Virus record (IMG/VR): IMGVR_UViG_3300014656_000011
Location: 1 to 38,812 of that record
From: a virus
Taxonomy: Duplodnaviria > Caudoviricetes
Direction: 5' to 3' (one strand)
Length of the DNA: 38,812 bases
Shown here: positions 35,081 to 38,812 of the stretch, piece after piece
Layout: each line of letters opens with the position of its first letter
How positions within the stretch are numbered: position 1 is the first letter of the stretch
Position numbers and translations under genes: made by a program
Notes under the pieces: generated by a model
Told to the model about the DNA's origin: nothing
Databases searched by the model: none
What the model saw: only the letters and a program-made list of their open reading frames with translations

Positions 35081-35356
35081 CTACTTATCTTTTATTAATT
35101 TAATAAGTTTATCTACTTCTTCTTCTTTTCCTGTTGCTCCGACTATTTTTATTATTTTGGTTATCTCTTTAACCTTAATGTCTATTATCTCATCGAGCCT
35201 ACTTCTAACCTCACTTTTAGATAGTGGTTCTATTGATGTTACATCTCTTATAAAGCTGTCTTTTAAATCATTATCGTAGATTTCTTTAAGTTCTGGGTCG
35301 TTATCTACTTTGTCTTTTAGATATTTTAAAACATCTTTATTTGTTTTCATAATCAT
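35081..35356 (-). CDS. Hypothetical protein
   Basis: About 90-aa ORF. Confidence 0.6.
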   Translation of the reverse strand: MIMKTNKDVLKYLKDKVDNDPELKEIYDNDLKDSFIRDVTSIEPLSKSEVRSRLDEIIDIKVKEITKIIKIVGATGKEEEVDKLIKLIKDK

Positions 35357-35394
35357 TTCCCACTATACCTGTGGGGGAGGTTGGTTAGTTTTTA
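35350..35394. repeat. Cassette 3' boundary repeat, copy 1 (copy 2 at 36399-36443)
   Basis: 45 nt, 4 mismatches; contains a CCCAC-AGGTATA-GT(G/A)GG hairpin. Confidence 0.85.
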
Positions 35395-35534
35395 AGTTCT
35401 TTTTTTAATTCTCTTAAAGCATTTTTTGTATCACTAAAAAATTGTGGGCTTGATTTAACTCCTTCTGCCACAATAATCCCTTTTTGCCACTCTTTTATTG
35501 CTGTAATAGCTATTTGTATAGTTTGTTTTTCCAT
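35385..35534 (-). CDS. 49-aa cassette gene
   Basis: MEKQTIQIAITAIKEWQKG...ELKN; start and stop lie within the boundary repeats. Confidence 0.6.
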   Translation of the reverse strand: MEKQTIQIAITAIKEWQKGIIVAEGVKSSPQFFSDTKNALRELKKELKN

Positions 35535-35580
35535 ATCTCTATAACCTTTTTAAGTTGGTTAGACTGTTTTAATTAGTAAT
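35529..35580. repeat. Cassette 5' boundary repeat, copy 1 (copy 2 at 36599-36649)
   Basis: About 51 nt, identical apart from a 1-nt indel. Confidence 0.9.
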
Positions 35581-36023
35581 TCATAAAGCCAATTATAAAA
35601 TTCTTCTGATTGGTTGTTGAAGTCTTTATGTGGTAACCATTTTGTTTTTGCTGGGTGAAATACTCTATCATTTTTTCCTAAATATATTAAACAATGTTGG
35701 TCAATAAAAATATCAGTTCCAATTTTATTTTCAATCACTCTCAAAACATCAGCAAGAGTTATTGGGCGACCTATAATTTTAATACTTTTTTTATCAATAT
35801 CTATTGGGTCAACAATTATTCCTTCTGCATTATCAAACAAACAATAATAACCTTCGATTGGGTTATATTTGTTAGGGTTAGTATTATACTCAGAGTCTTT
35901 GTAAATAAACATAAGTTTTCCTAGATTAGTAGAAACCTCACACCCAAACTTCAACTCCAAAATTCCTGGTATCTCTTTATGGAATAATGCTATTAATTCT
36001 TCTAGTTGTTTTTGTTTATTCAT
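35559..36023 (-). CDS. Hypothetical phage protein
   Basis: ELKFGCEV...IIGRPITLADVL...W...QSEE. Confidence 0.75.
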   Translation of the reverse strand: MNKQKQLEELIALFHKEIPGILELKFGCEVSTNLGKLMFIYKDSEYNTNPNKYNPIEGYYCLFDNAEGIIVDPIDIDKKSIKIIGRPITLADVLRVIENKIGTDIFIDQHCLIYLGKNDRVFHPAKTKWLPHKDFNNQSEEFYNWLYELLIKTV

Positions 36024-36088
36024 AATATCTTTTAATTGGTTAAATGATAATAAGGTTTTTTATGTTATCTTTTTATGGTTTAGTTAGA

Positions 36089-36271
36089 TTAATAATCTTC
36101 ACCAATTTTACCATTCAACCAGTTAATTAAATCTTCTAAATCTGGTTTTCTTGTATATTTTTCTGTTTTTTTGGGCATATCACTTGAAAATTGCAAATCT
36201 CTTTCTTCTTGTCTATATTTATGAGTTTCTGATAAAAACTCATTAAGTAATCTTTTTAAATCATCTTTCAT
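36089..36271 (-). CDS. Hypothetical protein, probable paralog of 1986..2123
   Basis: KDDLKRLLNEFLSET...PDLEDLINWL. Confidence 0.65.
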   Translation of the reverse strand: MKDDLKRLLNEFLSETHKYRQEERDLQFSSDMPKKTEKYTRKPDLEDLINWLNGKIGEDY

Positions 36272-36433
36272 ATTTTTTTATAATAGTTTTTTTGTTTATC
36301 TTTCATAGTTGTTTGTTATTCTAGACATTGGAATTAAATTTTCCTTATTCTAGTTTAAGCCTTTAAATCATAATAAGGGTTTTTTTATTACTCATTATTA
36401 ATGATTTCCTACTATACCTGTGGGTGAGGGTGG

Positions 36434-36604
36434 TTAGTTTTTATAATTTGGATTTATTTCAACTCCAATAATTTCTGGTGCTGTATTTTTAGCAATTTCA
36501 TAAATTAAAGTATTCAACACAAACAAGTGTTCTCCAATACTTGTTTTCTCATTTCCTCCACCATTTAAGTATTTTTTTATATATTCTAAATCTTTTGTTT
36601 CCAT
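36434..36604 (-). CDS. 56-aa cassette gene
   Basis: METKDLEYIKKYLNGGG...NPNYKN; same flanks as 35385..35534. Confidence 0.6.
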   Translation of the reverse strand: METKDLEYIKKYLNGGGNEKTSIGEHLFVLNTLIYEIAKNTAPEIIGVEINPNYKN

Positions 36605-36807
36605 ATCTCTATAACCTTTTTAAGTTGGTTAGACTTTTTAATTAGTAATGTTATTTTTCTAAAATTTCTAATACTTCTAAATAAAAATCATCAACTCCTA
36701 AATTATAATCATTATTTCCTTTCATATCTTCTCTTACTTCTCCTTTAAGCATTGAGTCGTGTTTTTCTTTTATTTTTTTTAAAATTTCTTTACTCATAAT
36801 AGTTTAG

Positions 36808-37011
36808 TTATGGATTAATAATTTTTGCACTTAAAACTGCTGTAGCATTACCGAAGTATGGTTTTTTATATGCTAAGTCCGAACCTTCGTATGCACCTTT
36901 AAAATGAAAATAACCTCCTTTATATATACCAACAGAATAAGTTACAATTCTATCAGTGTAAGCAAGCCCTATCCCGCATAAATATTGTTTTTCATTTTTA
37001 AAATTTCTCAT
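36808..37011 (-). CDS. Hypothetical protein
   Basis: 67-aa ORF. Confidence 0.55.
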   Translation of the reverse strand: MRNFKNEKQYLCGIGLAYTDRIVTYSVGIYKGGYFHFKGAYEGSDLAYKKPYFGNATAVLSAKIINP

Positions 37012-37190
37012 AATAGTTTATTTGTGATTAATTTCCCAAAGTTCGATTTTATTTTTAATATAAATAATAATATTGTCTAAACTCCAAGCATTGTAATTTT
37101 TTTTAAATTCTTTATCTGTGTTTAGTTTGTTTTTTAAATATTTTTTGAAATCCATATTGTTTAGTTAGATTAATAATGTTGGTTTTATAT

Positions 37191-37220
37191 AAAGGGGGGT
37201 GGCAATTTGCCTCTCCCCTA
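37191..37220 (-). terminator. GC-rich hairpin ending the SD-led mini-operon
   Basis: AGGGGAGAGGCAAATTGCCACCCCCCTTT. Confidence 0.55.
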
Positions 37221-37238
37221 CCTATTTCTAGGATTTGT

Positions 37239-37427
37239 TTAGGAGGAAATACAATTTCTTTCAAAGTCTTTTATGCTCCTTGTGATTGAACTGATGACAT
37301 CTTCAATACCACTTTTGATTTGCCAATCAGTAACGTTTTTAATTCTGTTTTCGAGTAATCTTCTTTCCAAAGAAAGAATAGTGATAATCCTTTTACCCTC
37401 CTCGTTTTTGATGTCGTCCTTTTTCAT
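37239..37427 (-). CDS. Hypothetical protein (SD-led; likely start MKKDD)
   Basis: GGAGGG precedes the ATG near 37427. Confidence 0.55.
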   Translation of the reverse strand: MKKDDIKNEEGKRIITILSLERRLLENRIKNVTDWQIKSGIEDVISSITRSIKDFERNCISS

Positions 37428-37716
37428 TACAAACCCTCCAATCATTTAATTTAATCTTATGCCTTGCTTTTTCTTTTGAGCAAAACAGTTTAGCCCAACA
37501 GAATTTACAAAGACAAACATCTTTGTGGTAACCACCAAAAGGAAAACATCCGTGTTCTCCATTTTCTGTGATAAATGTTTGGTTGCAAAATTTCTTCTGT
37601 TTTGGTAATTGGTTCATTCTTTCTAAAAGCAATAACGCCAATTTATGTCTTTGCTCTGCTGTTAAAAAAGGTTGTTTTTTTAATCTTCTTTCTCTTTTTC
37701 TTTCTTTACGAGTCAT
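37393..37716 (-). CDS. Basic Cys/His-rich protein (SD-led)
   Basis: GGGGG upstream of the ATG; HGC...CLCKFC. Confidence 0.6.
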   Translation of the reverse strand: MTRKERKRERRLKKQPFLTAEQRHKLALLLLERMNQLPKQKKFCNQTFITENGEHGCFPFGGYHKDVCLCKFCWAKLFCSKEKARHKIKLNDWRVCNEKGRHQKRGG

Positions 37717-37724
37717 AAATCCCC

Positions 37725-37820
37725 CTACATAAAGAATAAAACTTTAAGACTTGCGATAAACACAAGAAAGATAGCCGAAATCGTTATCAAAACGATTATT
37801 TTACTTAGCGCTGTAAACAT
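37725..37820 (-). CDS. 31-aa hydrophobic peptide (SD-led)
   Basis: AAGGGGGAAATACA-ATG; MFTALSKIIVLITISAIFLVFIASLKVLFFM. Confidence 0.6.
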   Translation of the reverse strand: MFTALSKIIVLITISAIFLVFIASLKVLFFM

Positions 37821-37903
37821 TGTATTTCCCCCTTTGTTAAAGAACATTTCAGTTATCGAGATTTTCTCTGTAACCTACTTAATTATACCATATTTTAGTG
37901 ATT

Positions 37904-38095
37904 TTATCTTGCAGGACAATCGTATGAATTGTTAGGACATATACATTCAGGACACTCTTTTTCTCCTATAACTGTTTGTATTATTACTGGTCCTATTTTG
38001 TTTACTTCGTGTTTTAAATAGTTATTCGCTCTCTGTAAATTTACTACATAGAATATAGTTAGTAATGCTATTAAAATGTAGATTGTTGTTTTCAT
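37904..38095 (-). CDS. Membrane-anchored small protein with a CPECICP motif
   Basis: N-terminal TM helix and Cys/Pro-rich tail. Confidence 0.65.
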   Translation of the reverse strand: MKTTIYILIALLTIFYVVNLQRANNYLKHEVNKIGPVIIQTVIGEKECPECICPNNSYDCPAR

Positions 38096-38271
38096 TATTC
38101 AAGATTTTCTACAATATCATTTAAAACATCACTAATAATTTTTTTAATTAATTGTTTTACTTGTTCTCTATCAATTAAGTTATCTTCCTGGAATGTTTCT
38201 TCAATTCTTTCAATTATTTTATTTTCTATTTCTTTCTTCATAATACTATTTTATTTTTTTCATAATTTTAC

Positions 38272-38445
38272 TTATCTTTTAATAGTGCTTCGTATTTTTT
38301 CTCAACCAAAACAAACTTGGGTGAGTGCATCGTGAAAAGTAGAATAGATTGCTTGTTGTGTGTGTTTCCCTTCACAATTTTTTATATGTTTTCGCACATC
38401 TTCCTGTTTTTCTATATATTCATAATCAAATGTTATTTTTTTCAT
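38272..38445 (-). pseudogene. Small metal-binding-like ORF interrupted by an in-frame TGA at 38302-38304
   Basis: ...HDALTQVCFG*EKIRSTIKR*; the TGA sits where the second Cys of a CxxC would be. Confidence 0.35.
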
Positions 38446-38446
38446 A

Positions 38447-38700
38447 TTATTTTACTTCAACAAATTTATTGTTTTCTAATTTATAATAAATATTTTCTTT
38501 TATTTTTTTACCATCAATTTTAACTGTTTTTACATATTTTGGTTTATAATCATTATTATATTCAGCGAGAACAATCCAATTTCCTTTTATACCTTTTGCG
38601 ATATTCCCAATTCCTATTCCTGCAATAATACTGTAATCACCACTTGAAGCTAGTTTGCTGTTATAACCACTTGAAGCTAGTTTGCTGTTATCACCACTTG
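38447..38700 (-). CDS. 3' part of the origin-spanning repeat protein
   Basis: ...ASSGDYSIIAGIGIGNIAKGIKGNWIVLAEYNNDYKPKYVKTVKIDGKKIKENIYYKLENNKFVEVK*, in frame with 496..1 once the 112-bp overlap is removed. Confidence 0.85.
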
Positions 38701-38812
38701 AAGCTAATTGGCTGTCATCACCACTTGAAGCTAGTTTGCTGTTATAACCACTTGAAGCTAGTTTGCTGTCATCACCACTTGAAGCTAATTGGCTGTAATC
38801 ACCACTTGAAGC
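38701..38812. repeat. Terminal direct repeat, right copy
   Basis: Identical to 1-112. Confidence 0.9.

Noticed and set aside
25-38523. Most plus-strand ORFs in the track (e.g. 25..219, 4020..4307, 21536..21793, 22474..22908, 30516..30737, 33358..33645)
   Set aside because: They are antisense shadows of minus-strand genes or RNAs, with F/L/S/I-rich composition and no motifs.
38633-38812. Diversity-generating retroelement TR/VR pair
   Set aside because: No reverse transcriptase is present and the variation includes non-adenine changes (T/G, C/T).
1-38812. Genome-wide stop-codon reassignment (code 4, 15 or 25)
   Set aside because: All large genes are intact under code 11, and TGA and TAG act as stops at sensible gene ends; only one isolated suspicious TGA was seen.

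Overview
This is an apparently complete, circular or circularly permuted, AT-rich tailed-phage genome of about 38.7 kb. Bases 1-112 are identical to 38701-38812, and one gene reads straight across that join. Almost every real gene is on the minus strand. In transcription order (high to low coordinates) the modules are: small accessory genes; GroES and GroEL; TerS and an intein-containing TerL; portal, scaffold, major capsid and decoration proteins; a podovirus-type short-tail and ejection module; lysis genes; an SPFH protein; a recombination module (SSAP, YqaJ-type exonuclease, SSB-like, RusA-like, NinB-like); a cluster of structured non-coding elements; and more small genes. I see no integrase, repressor, DNA polymerase, helicase or tape-measure gene. 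Most start codons lack a Shine-Dalgarno sequence while promoters are canonical sigma70 type, which would fit a Patescibacteria/CPR-like host (inference only). The standout feature is the TerL intein. It has no in-frame endonuclease, but a complete NUMOD4-HNH-HTH homing endonuclease gene is overprinted in the +1 frame inside it, and its synonymous codons visibly avoid creating stops in the intein frame. Also notable are several long-stemmed structured RNAs (one tRNA-like) associated with boxA-like motifs, leader/terminator pseudoknot switches, a divergent GroEL/GroES pair and repeat-flanked swappable gene cassettes. All protein family calls come from reading motifs by eye, not from database searches.
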